Assembly (NCBI GenBank): GCA_965247335.1
Contig: CBDFGU010000009.1
Location: 288,856 to 352,855 of the forward strand
Direction: 5' to 3'
From: Rickettsiales bacterium
GTDB taxonomy: Bacteria > Pseudomonadota > Alphaproteobacteria > Rickettsiales > UBA3002
Length of the DNA: 64,000 nucleotides
This document shows positions 17,718-26,814 of this stretch, one piece after another. Made by a program: the position numbers and the translations under genes. The notes under the pieces are model-generated. The model was not told the DNA's origin and ran no database searches. It was given only the letters and a program-made list of their open reading frames with translations. Position 1 is the stretch's first letter, and each line of letters begins with the position of its first letter.

Positions 17718-18022
17718 CTCCTACGAATAGTAGTATTGGTTAGCGTCGCTATCGCTTGCAGTTCCATAAATTGTCCATCACCACAATCACAGATCACATC
17801 AGCAAATCCCATGCGCAACGCATCATGCGCAATCGCCGCATCATCCCCACAACACAGCGCAAAGCTGAAATCCGGGGTTTCATCACGCAACTGTTTTAGC
17901 ATCACTTGAAAGTAATTTACCCCTGCATAACACGCCGCAAAGGGTTCGGAAATCAACGCGCACTCACCCGCGGCGAGCGCAGCCCGCGCATCCTCAAGCC
18001 CGCGCACGCGCCGCATGGCCAC
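17714..18022 (-). CDS. Conserved hypothetical protein resembling a class II aldolase/TIM-barrel fragment
   Basis: ARAALAAG...ISEPFAACYAG...CCGDDAAIAHDALRMG; overlaps pgk and the MAPEG gene. Confidence 0.6.
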   Translation of the reverse strand: MAMRRVRGLEDARAALAAGECALISEPFAACYAGVNYFQVMLKQLRDETPDFSFALCCGDDAAIAHDALRMGFADVICDCGDGQFMELQAIATLTNTTIRRR

Positions 18023-19217
18023 TTCCCTGCATCAACGCCGCAATACCCGGCAGTTCCTTGCCCTCGAGCCATTCGAGGAACGCGCCGCCTGCTGTCGAGA
18101 GATACCCCATTTCGGAGGACAATCCCGCATGCGCCAGCGCCGCAACCGTGTCACCACCACCCGCTACCGAATGCAATTTACCTGCGCGCGATGCCGCTGC
18201 AACCATACGGGCGATCTGCACCGTCGTCGCATCAAACGGTGCGGTCTCGAACGCGCCCACCGGCCCGTTCCACACCAGCGTTTTGCTCGCCGCAATCACC
18301 TCATACAGCGCCAGCAACGAGCGCGGGCCTACATCGAGCATCATTCCATCTGACGGGATATCCGCAACATCACACACCACTGATGGTGTATTTGGCTTGA
18401 ATTTCTTTGCCACTACCGCATCGAGCGGCAGGACGATCCTGCATTTCGCGCTTGCCGCATTCTTCAAAATATCGCGCGCTATGCCTGCCATCTCCGCCTC
18501 ACACAGCGACGCACCGACGTTGATGCCCTGCGCATGCAGGAACGTATTCGCCATCGCTCCGCCGATCACGAGGTTATCGACTTTCGCGAGCAAATTGCTT
18601 AGTAGCTCCAGCTTGGTCGAGACCTTCGAACCACCGACTATCGCCGTCAGTGGCCGCGCCGGATCCGCGAGTACTCGCGTCAGCGCCGTTACTTCCTCTT
18701 CCATCAATCGCCCCGCCACCGACGGCAGATAGGGATTGATTCCCACCATCGACGCATGTGCGCGGTGCGCACAACTGAACGCATCATTCACGAACACGTC
18801 ACCTAGTTCAGCCATCTGGCGGCCGAATTCGGCATCGTTTGCCTCTTCCTCGGCATGAAAGCGCAAATTCTCCATCAACACCACATCGCCCTGCGCCGCG
18901 CCTTCGACCGCATGTTTCGCTGCCGTACCGACACAATCCGGCGCGAATTTTACCGGCCTGTCCCACAAGGCCGCCGACAACGCATCAACCAGCGGCGCCA
19001 GCGACTGGCCCGGATCAAACCCCTTCGGACGGCCTAGATGCGAGAGAATCACCACCTTCGCATGCCGTTCCATAAGATATTGTAATGTCGGCAATACCCG
19101 GTGAATCCGTGTCGCATCCGTCACTCGGCCAGCCTGCATCGGCACATTGAGGTCGACCCGCACCAGCACTGTTTTGCCGGTAACGTCCAGTGAGTCGAGG
19201 TTTGGCAACGCCGTCAT
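17994..19217 (-). CDS. pgk: Phosphoglycerate kinase
   Basis: RVDLNVP, SHLGRP, ENLRF, GGGDT and STAGGAFLEWLEG motifs. Confidence 0.97.
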   Translation of the reverse strand: MTALPNLDSLDVTGKTVLVRVDLNVPMQAGRVTDATRIHRVLPTLQYLMERHAKVVILSHLGRPKGFDPGQSLAPLVDALSAALWDRPVKFAPDCVGTAAKHAVEGAAQGDVVLMENLRFHAEEEANDAEFGRQMAELGDVFVNDAFSCAHRAHASMVGINPYLPSVAGRLMEEEVTALTRVLADPARPLTAIVGGSKVSTKLELLSNLLAKVDNLVIGGAMANTFLHAQGINVGASLCEAEMAGIARDILKNAASAKCRIVLPLDAVVAKKFKPNTPSVVCDVADIPSDGMMLDVGPRSLLALYEVIAASKTLVWNGPVGAFETAPFDATTVQIARMVAAASRAGKLHSVAGGGDTVAALAHAGLSSEMGYLSTAGGAFLEWLEGKELPGIAALMQGSGHAARARA

Positions 19218-19292
19218 TTTCACAAAACCTTCATATTTTTGACTAATCACGTAGCTATAGTGGAGTTCCTGTACGAATCAAGGAGTAGTGTT

Positions 19293-19742
19293 GTGTCCAA
19301 CCGTCGTAAGAAACTCAGCGAACTGACATCAGATATTCGGGCAAGTAGCGCTCATGCCGCCGCTGCACTGGTGCATCCAGCGATGCTCGAATCTGGTGAG
19401 ATCCTATGCATGGGTGGAGAGACTAGGGACATTTCGGTCGCTAAAGCATCTGAACACACCAATCCGTCCGCGGATTCCCTGCGCGATGATCGGATACACG
19501 CACAAGATATCTTACCTGGCGCTCTGAGCGTCAATGGCTCACCGGTAGCGCCCGAACGATTTGCGCCGAAAGCGCTTGATTCTGTCCCGGCAAGAGCGCC
19601 AACACCTGCGGAGGTCTACCGTGGTAAAAAACCGCCTGAGTTATATGCCCGCGTTGCCCCTAAACAAAATGCCCGGATCTACCCGCGCATGAAGTTCATG
19701 CAGAACGATCCTTGCGACCGCAACAAGGGCCGAGGTAAATAG
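19293..19742 (+). CDS. Orphan hypothetical protein antisense to the gap-pgk operon
   Basis: Fills the gap-pgk gap; SD AAGGAG before GTG 19293; no recognisable motif; basic C-terminus RNKGRGK. Confidence 0.55.
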   Translation: MSNRRKKLSELTSDIRASSAHAAAALVHPAMLESGEILCMGGETRDISVAKASEHTNPSADSLRDDRIHAQDILPGALSVNGSPVAPERFAPKALDSVPARAPTPAEVYRGKKPPELYARVAPKQNARIYPRMKFMQNDPCDRNKGRGK

Positions 19743-19748
19743 GAGCGC

Positions 19749-20750
19749 TTAAAGCTTCGCAGCCTTGCGCGCCATATCGAGCATCCGGCAACTGAAACCC
19801 CACTCGTTATCGTACCAGCTCGAAACTCTGACAAGACTGCCGATTACCTTGGTATCGTTGAGATTCACGATCGAGCTACCATTATCATGACTGAAATCAA
19901 TCGAGACTAGCGGCTCATCGTTCACCTTCAACACATTCGGCAAACCCTTGGCCGACGCTTCACGCAACGCTGCATTTACCGCTTCGACCGTCGCTGGCTT
20001 CGTCGTCACTACTTTCAAATCCACCAATGATACGTTAGGCACCGGCACCCGTACCGAAACGCCATCGAGCTTGCCGACCAGTTGCGGCAGCACAAGGCCG
20101 ATCGCCGCCGCCGCACCGGTTTTCGAGGGCACCATGGACAGCGCCGCCGCGCGTGCCCGCTGCATGTCCTTATGGCTGCCATCTACGAGGTTCTGGTCTC
20201 CCGTGTAAGCATGTATTGTGGTCATGAACCCCGATTCAATCCCAAACCGCTCATCCAATACTTTCGCCAATGGTGCCAACGCATTAGTGGTGCAGGAACC
20301 GATGGAAAATACATCATGCTTGGCTGTGAGCTGATCGCAATTTACCCCGTAGACGAACGTCGGGCAATCACTACCTGCCGGCGCGGAAATGATGACCTTG
20401 CGCGCACCCTGTCCGAGATGAACGGCCGCGGCATCCTTCGAATTGAATACTCCTGTGCACTCGAGCACGATATCCGCGCCATATTTCGCCCAATCGAGTT
20501 TCTTCGGGTCGCGCACCTGCGTCACCGCGATCCTGCCGCGACCCATATCTAGCGCACCACCATCAAAGGTGATCTTGGTACGGAAGCGCCCATGTACCGA
20601 ATCATATTGCAGCAGATGCGCCGGATTCTCGACCGAAGGTGAGCCATTCACCGCCACCAGTTCGATGTCGTCATAGCCTTCTTCGATAATCGCGCGCGCC
20701 ACCGAACGACCGATACGGCCCAGTCCGTTGATACCGATTTTGATAGTCAT
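19749..20750 (-). CDS. gap: Type I glyceraldehyde-3-phosphate dehydrogenase
   Basis: INGLGRIGR, SCTTNALAP and WYDNEWGFS motifs. Confidence 0.97.
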   Translation of the reverse strand: MTIKIGINGLGRIGRSVARAIIEEGYDDIELVAVNGSPSVENPAHLLQYDSVHGRFRTKITFDGGALDMGRGRIAVTQVRDPKKLDWAKYGADIVLECTGVFNSKDAAAVHLGQGARKVIISAPAGSDCPTFVYGVNCDQLTAKHDVFSIGSCTTNALAPLAKVLDERFGIESGFMTTIHAYTGDQNLVDGSHKDMQRARAAALSMVPSKTGAAAAIGLVLPQLVGKLDGVSVRVPVPNVSLVDLKVVTTKPATVEAVNAALREASAKGLPNVLKVNDEPLVSIDFSHDNGSSIVNLNDTKVIGSLVRVSSWYDNEWGFSCRMLDMARKAAKL

Positions 20751-20836
20751 AAAAACCTCTGGCCCGCCTTATAACGGGTTAAACGGCCACGTCAAATGCC
20801 GTTGCATAACCAAATGCTACAATCTGCTAGTGGTAG

Positions 20837-22831
20837 CTAAGAAGCTGCAGCAACGATGGCCTCGGCCGTGATCCCAAAGCGCTTATACAGCTCCTCCGCC
20901 GGGGCACTGGCACCAAAACTTTTCATGCCGACGAAAATACCACCCTCGCCCAGAAACTTCTCCCAGCCCTGCTCGATGGCCGCTTCACAGGCGATACGTT
21001 TTACGCCTTCACCTAGCACGCTTTTGCGATAGGTTGGCGTTTGTTGTGCAAACAGTTCCATACACGGTACCGATACCACGCGCGCCACGATACCTTTGGC
21101 CTCAAGCTGCGCCTGCGCTTCGACCGCTAGCATCACTTCCGAACCCGTCGCCATCAATATCACTTGTGGTTTGCCGCCTTTGGCCTCCCGCAGGATATAG
21201 GCACCTTTCGCACACAAATTCTCAGCCGCATAGTCATTCCGGTAATGCGGCAATGTCTGCCGCGTCAGCGCCAATACACTCGGCGATTTCGGCGAACCGA
21301 TAGCAAGCTGCCAGCATTCGAGCGTTTCCGTCGCATCGCATGGTCGGAACACATGGAGGTTGGGGATCGCCCGAAGCGCCGCGAGATGCTCCACGGGCTG
21401 GTGGGTCGGGCCATCTTCACCAAGGCCGATCGAATCATGCGTCATCACATAGATCACCCGCTGTTCCATTAGCGCCGAAAGTCGGATCGACGGCCGGCAA
21501 TAATCCGTGAACACGAGGAACGTGCCGCCATAAGGAATGAACCCGCCATGCAGCGCGATGCCATTCATCGCCGCCGCCATTGCATGTTCGCGCACGCCGT
21601 AATAGATGTAACGCCCTTTATAATCCTGAGCGTTGAACGCCGTCATCGCTTTGGTCTTCGTGTTATTGCTACCCGTCAGATCCGCCGAACCGCCGAGCAG
21701 TTGCGGTAATTGCGGCACCAGCACCTCAAGCGCATTCTGGCTCGATACGCGCGTCGCCTCCTTAGGTTGGGCAGAGGCCAGTTGCTTTTTGGTCGCATCA
21801 ACTGCCTTCACCCACGCAGTACCCAAATCACCACTCATACGCGCGCTGAATACATCTTTTAGCGTCGATACACCAAGACGCTTTTCCCACGCACCATATT
21901 CCATCGCACGATCCAGCGCCGCGTCCCGCCATGCGCCCACGATCTCGTCCGGGATCACGAACGGTTCATGTGCCCACAACATGTTCTTGCGCGAGCCCGT
22001 GATTTCTTCAGCACCCAAGGGCGAGCCATGACTGCTATTCTTCCCTGCTTTGGTCGGCGCATGTTTCGCGATCACCGTGCGACACGCAATCAAAGTCGGC
22101 TTGTTCGATTTCTGCGCCCGCGCAATCGCTGCGTGAATAGCCTTCTCATCATGCCCATCGATGCGCTCGCTATTCCAGCCCAGCGACGTGAAGCGCGCCA
22201 ACTGGTCATCGTTCACTGTCATGCTTGTCGGCCCGTCGATACAAATTTCGTTATCGTCCCACAACACGATCAGTTGGTTGAGCTTGAGATACCCTGCGAG
22301 CGACGCCGCCTCATGGCTGATGCCTTCCATCAGGCATCCATCACCCGCGATGACATAGGTATAATGCGACACCAATTCGTTTCCGAACTCCGCATTCAGC
22401 GCCCGCTCCGCCATCGCAAAACCCACTGCATTGCTGATACCCTGCCCCAGTGGCCCCGTCGTTGTTTCGATACCCGTCGCATGTCCGTATTCCGGATGAC
22501 CCGCCGTCTTCGCGCCCCACTGGCGGAAATTCTTGATCTCATCAAGCGTCATGTCGGGATAGCCCGTAAGATACAACAGTGAGTAAAGCAGCATCGAACC
22601 ATGGCCCGCCGAGAGCACGAAGCGGTCGCGATCCGGCCACTGCGGATGCTGTGGATCATAGCGCAAGAAGTCCCGGAACAGCACCGTCGCCACATCAGCC
22701 ATGCCCATCGGCATGCCGGGATGGCCGGATTTTGCTTTCTCCACAGCATCCATGGAAAGTGCGCGAATGGCGTTCGCCATCTGATCGTGAGTGATGTTTG
22801 GCATAGTGTTTTTCTTCGCTTGCTGGTTCAT
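20837..22831 (-). CDS. tkt: Transketolase
   Basis: SGHPGMPMG, GDGCLMEG and THDSIGLGEDGPTHQP motifs. Confidence 0.98.
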   Translation of the reverse strand: MNQQAKKNTMPNITHDQMANAIRALSMDAVEKAKSGHPGMPMGMADVATVLFRDFLRYDPQHPQWPDRDRFVLSAGHGSMLLYSLLYLTGYPDMTLDEIKNFRQWGAKTAGHPEYGHATGIETTTGPLGQGISNAVGFAMAERALNAEFGNELVSHYTYVIAGDGCLMEGISHEAASLAGYLKLNQLIVLWDDNEICIDGPTSMTVNDDQLARFTSLGWNSERIDGHDEKAIHAAIARAQKSNKPTLIACRTVIAKHAPTKAGKNSSHGSPLGAEEITGSRKNMLWAHEPFVIPDEIVGAWRDAALDRAMEYGAWEKRLGVSTLKDVFSARMSGDLGTAWVKAVDATKKQLASAQPKEATRVSSQNALEVLVPQLPQLLGGSADLTGSNNTKTKAMTAFNAQDYKGRYIYYGVREHAMAAAMNGIALHGGFIPYGGTFLVFTDYCRPSIRLSALMEQRVIYVMTHDSIGLGEDGPTHQPVEHLAALRAIPNLHVFRPCDATETLECWQLAIGSPKSPSVLALTRQTLPHYRNDYAAENLCAKGAYILREAKGGKPQVILMATGSEVMLAVEAQAQLEAKGIVARVVSVPCMELFAQQTPTYRKSVLGEGVKRIACEAAIEQGWEKFLGEGGIFVGMKSFGASAPAEELYKRFGITAEAIVAAAS

Positions 22832-22999
22832 AAATTCTCCTTACACGTCGCCCTTTACAGGTGCAAGTGCAGGCACGAAAAACAGTTATGCACATCCGCG
22901 GTGATTCCGTTGCAATCCATCCGACGTTATGTTTATTTCGTCACGAAAACAAAAAACTATCCAGCGTCGTTCACGCGACAGCTTAAGGATGAGGGCTCC

Positions 23000-23356
23000 A
23001 TGTCAAGCAATGCTAATGTAACACTTCATGATGCCATCGCCGCGATGGAAAGCGCCTACGCGCGCCTCGCCGCGGCGACGGATATCGCCATCGAGGAGCG
23101 CACGCAGGCCGCTGCCCGCCGCGAAGCGGCACAGCAGGAAATCAGTCTTTCATGGCAGGCGCACGCCTCGGAACTCGAAACCGCGCTGACACAGGCGACG
23201 AGCGAAAATGAGTTCCTGAAAAACGACAATCTGCGCCTTTCTAATCTTCTGCAGCAACTGCAGAAGGATTACCTCGAACTGCAGTCGACCGCGGGCGATG
23301 TCGTCACCCGCCTCGATTCCACCATCCACCAACTCGACTTCCTGCTGGAGCATTAA
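23000..23356 (+). CDS. Coiled-coil protein upstream of zapA (ZapB/DUF4164-like position)
   Basis: Heptad-rich helical sequence; tkt / coiled-coil / zapA arrangement typical of alphaproteobacteria. Confidence 0.75.
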   Translation: MSSNANVTLHDAIAAMESAYARLAAATDIAIEERTQAAARREAAQQEISLSWQAHASELETALTQATSENEFLKNDNLRLSNLLQQLQKDYLELQSTAGDVVTRLDSTIHQLDFLLEH

Positions 23357-23357
23357 T

Positions 23358-23726
23358 ATGTCGCAGAAAACCGTTACCGCGCATGTCTACGGCAAGGAAT
23401 ACACGCTTGCGTGCGATGCGGGTCAGGAACAGCACCTGCATACGCTCATCCACGATATGAACAGCCGCATCACCTCGCTTGAAAAAGCCGTCGGCAAACT
23501 GCCCGAACCATTGATGCTCCTCTATTCGGCTCTGATGGTAGCCGATGAGCTGCATGATACCAAACGTGACCTCATCCGCACCAAGGATGACTTGACCCAT
23601 GTTCGCCAGCAGGTCAACGAAACAGGCGATGATGCCCGCCTCGCCGCACTTGAGGAAGAGGTGGCCAGCCACATCCAGGCTCTCGCCGGGCGAATCGAAG
23701 GTTTAGCTGATAAACTCGCGGCTTAA
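23358..23726 (+). CDS. zapA: Cell division protein ZapA
   Basis: VYGKEYTLACDAGQEQHL and LMVADEL motifs. Confidence 0.9.
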   Translation: MSQKTVTAHVYGKEYTLACDAGQEQHLHTLIHDMNSRITSLEKAVGKLPEPLMLLYSALMVADELHDTKRDLIRTKDDLTHVRQQVNETGDDARLAALEEEVASHIQALAGRIEGLADKLAA

Positions 23727-23733
23727 GGTACTG

Positions 23734-23799
23734 CGTCACTGTAGCGAGCTGGAATCCACCTTTATAAACTGATAGATTACAGCTTTCGCTGGAATGTCG
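23734..23799. repeat. Degenerate dnaG-type palindromic element
   Basis: CGTCACTGTAGCGAGCTGGAATCC ... GATTACAGCTTTCGCTGGAATGTCG. Confidence 0.7.
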
Positions 23800-23808
23800 A
23801 AGCACCCC

Positions 23809-23837
23809 TTGCGAATCTAGCTATCCTGTCCTATACT
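23809..23837 (+). promoter_or_regulatory. sigma70-type promoter of 6S RNA
   Basis: TTGCGA-N17-TATACT directly upstream of the RNA. Confidence 0.7.
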
Positions 23838-23841
23838 GTGC

Positions 23842-24008
23842 ATGAATGGTACTGCCCGGTTGGTGTAGGTAACGCATTACTCCGGACCGACTATCTCTTT
23901 TAGGGAACTGTCCCTGTCGCTGACCGTGGTTGGCGGTATACGGTACCCACCTGTACAAACGGGTCTCGAGAGAATCTAATTACCCACGGCCACGGTGGTA
24001 CCATTCAT
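23842..24008 (+). ncRNA. ssrS: 6S RNA
   Basis: About 165 nt closed by an ATGAATGGTAC/GTACCATTCAT terminal stem, with GGGAACTGTCCC and CCCACCTG segments; canonical position between zapA and ygfA; own promoter and terminator. Confidence 0.88.
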
Positions 24009-24043
24009 AAAAGAAGCCCCATGTTTCCATGGGGCTTCTTTTT
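24009..24043. terminator. Bidirectional intrinsic terminator
   Basis: AAAAGAAGCCCCATG-TTTC-CATGGGGCTTCTTTTT. Confidence 0.88.
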
Positions 24044-24063
24044 AAATGTGCGTGGTGCTGATG

Positions 24064-24336
24064 CTATTGAAGTGCAGGAGCCAACGGCGCCGGATTCGGG
24101 TTGACGATGCGGCCCATCAGGCGACCTTCCGCATCGAATACCTTACCACCATTGATGGGATCGAGCATCACACTGCCATAGACGCGGCCGGTACCGTCGA
24201 CCATTGTCAGATTCTGCGTCAGGCTGCCGCGAGGCGCCGGTTCGTCACGCTTCGATTGGAACTGGGACATATCGCATGCGGCGACGAAAAACAGCGAAGT
24301 GATGGCGATGAACTTGAGAGTACGTGGCAGTTGCAT
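24064..24336 (-). CDS. Small putative lipoprotein
   Basis: Signal peptide with lipobox-like VAAC; SD-like AAGGA upstream. Confidence 0.72.
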   Translation of the reverse strand: MQLPRTLKFIAITSLFFVAACDMSQFQSKRDEPAPRGSLTQNLTMVDGTGRVYGSVMLDPINGGKVFDAEGRLMGRIVNPNPAPLAPALQ

Positions 24337-24442
24337 TAGATTTTTCCTTGATCGTGTGTGTGGATACTATGTGCGATATAGCCCATAAAAAACCCATAGG
24401 AAAGCCTGTTAATCACCGCGTCGTCTGCATTTACAATCAAGG

Positions 24443-25057
24443 ATGAACAGGCATAGTAGCCGTATGAATCATCGTGAAGACCGCAGCTTCGCTGCCGAAA
24501 AACGTAAGCTTCGCGAGTCGATGCAGTCTAAACGCATGCAACTGCCGCATGCCGCGATGCTGAGTGCCAGCCAGTCCATTGCCCGCCAGTTTTCCGATCA
24601 CCCGATTCTGGCATTCTGCGAATCCTTTGCCGGATATCGTGCCATGCGCGGCGAACTGGATGTGATGGAGATCTTCAAGATCATGGCGCGCTATCCCAAA
24701 AAGCAGACCGCCCTGCCTTTTGTCACCACGGGGAAAAGCCTCATCTATCGGCTATGGAAACTTGGAGATCCACTGATGCACCACGAACTCGGCATGGAAG
24801 AACCGCTACCGGAAGCGCCTGAAGTTAACCCGGAAATCATCCTCGTTCCCCTGCTCGCCTTCGATGGCGAAGGCTACCGCTTGGGTTATGGCGGCGGTTA
24901 TTACGACCGCACCATGGAAATCATGCGCGAATTGCCGAAACCACCGCTCTTCATCGGTGTCGGCTTCAGCAGCCAGGAAGTAAACCTCGTACCGACCAAC
25001 GAGCTCGATGCGCCGCTGGATGGTGTGCTCACGGAGCTTGGCGTAAGTATGTTCTAG
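24443..25057 (+). CDS. ygfA: 5-formyltetrahydrofolate cyclo-ligase
   Basis: ILVPLLAFD and RLGYGGGYYDR motifs. True start may be 24464. Confidence 0.93.
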   Translation: MNRHSSRMNHREDRSFAAEKRKLRESMQSKRMQLPHAAMLSASQSIARQFSDHPILAFCESFAGYRAMRGELDVMEIFKIMARYPKKQTALPFVTTGKSLIYRLWKLGDPLMHHELGMEEPLPEAPEVNPEIILVPLLAFDGEGYRLGYGGGYYDRTMEIMRELPKPPLFIGVGFSSQEVNLVPTNELDAPLDGVLTELGVSMF

Positions 25058-25168
25058 TCATAAATTGGTGCAAATTAGCCGTTGATCAGGGCGAATTCAC
25101 GCGTATTTTAATGCCGGTCAGCCGCAATAAAGCTTCCTTTTTGACCTAGGCTGCGCCATGTAGCACGC

Positions 25169-25954
25169 ATGAAACTCCTCTTCTGTGGCGATGTGGTCGG
25201 GCGTAGCGGACGCGATGCGGTGAAACGTTTCGTCCCCAAGCTCCGCGCTGAACACACCCTTGATGCCGTCGTCGTCAATGTCGATAACGCCGCGGGTGGT
25301 TTCGGTATCGGCGGTGAGGCACTGCGCGACTTTAAGGGCCATAACATCGATGTCCTCACCGGCGGCGATCACGTCTTCGACCAGAAGGATGCCCCTTCTT
25401 TGCTTGGTAACGAGACATGGCTGCTGCGCCCGCATAATTTTCCGTCAAGCGTGCCGGGCTCGGGCTGCAAACTTTTCACGCTCACGAATGGCAAGAAGCT
25501 GCTGGTGCTGCATTTGCTGGGACAGGTCTTCCATCGCGAATATCTTGATAGCCCCTTCACCTGCGCGGATGCGGCGCTTGCCCCATACAAACTCGGGGCG
25601 AATGTTGATATGATCCTCGTCGATATGCATGCGGAAGCGACGAGTGAGAAACAGGCGATGGGCCATTATCTTGATGGCCGCGTCTCGGCCGTCCTTGGGA
25701 CACACACCCATGTCCCGACCGCCGATGCGCGCATCCTGCCCAAAGGCACCGCGTACCAGACAGATTGCGGCATGTGCGGCGATTATAATTCGATCATTGG
25801 TTTCGCTCCCGCCGGCCCGATGCAGAACTTCCTGCAGAAATTCCGCAAGGTGCGAATGGAACCGGCCAGCGGCAACGGGACGCTGGCAGGCGCAATCATC
25901 GAAACAGGTGAAAACGGCTTGGCGAAATCGATTATGCCGGTGCAATTGAGTTGA
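25169..25954 (+). CDS. YmdB/TIGR00282 metallophosphoesterase
   Basis: GDVVGRSGR, DMHAEATSEK and GTHTHVPTAD motifs. Confidence 0.93.
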   Translation: MKLLFCGDVVGRSGRDAVKRFVPKLRAEHTLDAVVVNVDNAAGGFGIGGEALRDFKGHNIDVLTGGDHVFDQKDAPSLLGNETWLLRPHNFPSSVPGSGCKLFTLTNGKKLLVLHLLGQVFHREYLDSPFTCADAALAPYKLGANVDMILVDMHAEATSEKQAMGHYLDGRVSAVLGTHTHVPTADARILPKGTAYQTDCGMCGDYNSIIGFAPAGPMQNFLQKFRKVRMEPASGNGTLAGAIIETGENGLAKSIMPVQLS

Positions 25955-25962
25955 TTCTCTTC

Positions 25963-26109
25963 GATGAACCCTGATACAAGTTCAGGGTGACGCATAGGCT
26001 GAGATGGTGCTAAGCACACCGTTATGCTGAACTCGTTTCAGCATCCATCGTGTCTTCAGCATACGAGCAATGAACTATTTACTGGATGATGCGCTTCGTT
26101 GCAATGACG
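25963..26109. repeat. Cluster of CGTC-type repeat arms
   Basis: GATGAACCCTGATACAAGTTCAGGGTGACG, CGTTATGCTGAACTCGTTTCAGCATC and ...GCTTCGTTGCAATGACG in a convergent gap. Confidence 0.7.
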
Positions 26110-26115
26110 AAACGT

Positions 26116-26445
26116 TTACTCCGCAGTTTCGTCCGCTTTCGCTTTTAATGCCTTTCGCGCGCGCGGTTTGTCGCTTGGCGCGCGGGCTTTGTCAAGCCGT
26201 GCCGTCGCACCGTCCCATACATAGGTATTCACGATCGTCTTGGTGCCGGTCGTCACAATATCGCCGTTGGGCAATTGCAGCACGTCAAAACCTTCCTTCA
26301 GCGCTTCGTTGATCACAGAGGAAGAATGACGCAGGTATTCCGGATTCGCCATCAGATCAGCAAGCATGTTCTCTTCTTCACCTGCGGTCGCCCGCGCATC
26401 CTTAGTGACATTAAGAGAATTAAAGATTTTCGATTTATATGTCAT
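26116..26445 (-). CDS. DUF2671-like protein (Rickettsiales-associated family)
   Basis: ALKEGFDVLQLPNGDIVTT...VNTYVWD matches my recollection of the DUF2671 pattern; needs HMM confirmation. Confidence 0.7.
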   Translation of the reverse strand: MTYKSKIFNSLNVTKDARATAGEEENMLADLMANPEYLRHSSSVINEALKEGFDVLQLPNGDIVTTGTKTIVNTYVWDGATARLDKARAPSDKPRARKALKAKADETAE

Positions 26446-26710
26446 GATTGCGCCTCTTTTAACTACCTTCCACGTAAACGCATGGTTAGTAAAACATCGT
26501 TCTCTTTATTCCCTGTGTTCGGGAAGCTTTTGTTTGCTGCGTTGTGTCGCGCAAGCCACATTCTTGTTAAGAAATATTAATGTCGGTCTATCAGATTTAC
26601 CTCGAAGTACAACAGGCCAGCCCTGATTGTCACTGAATTGTCATAAATAAAAAATTTATCACTTACAGCATACAGTGGATTTTAAGCAAGTATTAGGCTG
26701 TATTAGCAGT

Positions 26711-26745
26711 AAAAAAGTGGCCCAGATACTTTCGTATCCGGGCCC
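26711..26745 (-). terminator. Intrinsic terminator downstream of flgE
   Basis: Minus strand GGGCCCGGATAC-GAAA-GTATCTGGGCC followed by ACTTTTTT. Confidence 0.8.
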
Positions 26746-26814
26746 AAGAAGGAGCTAGACGACTTGACATTCGAAGGCGGCGCCGGGAAATAACCCCTGC
26801 ACGCCGCCTATTCG

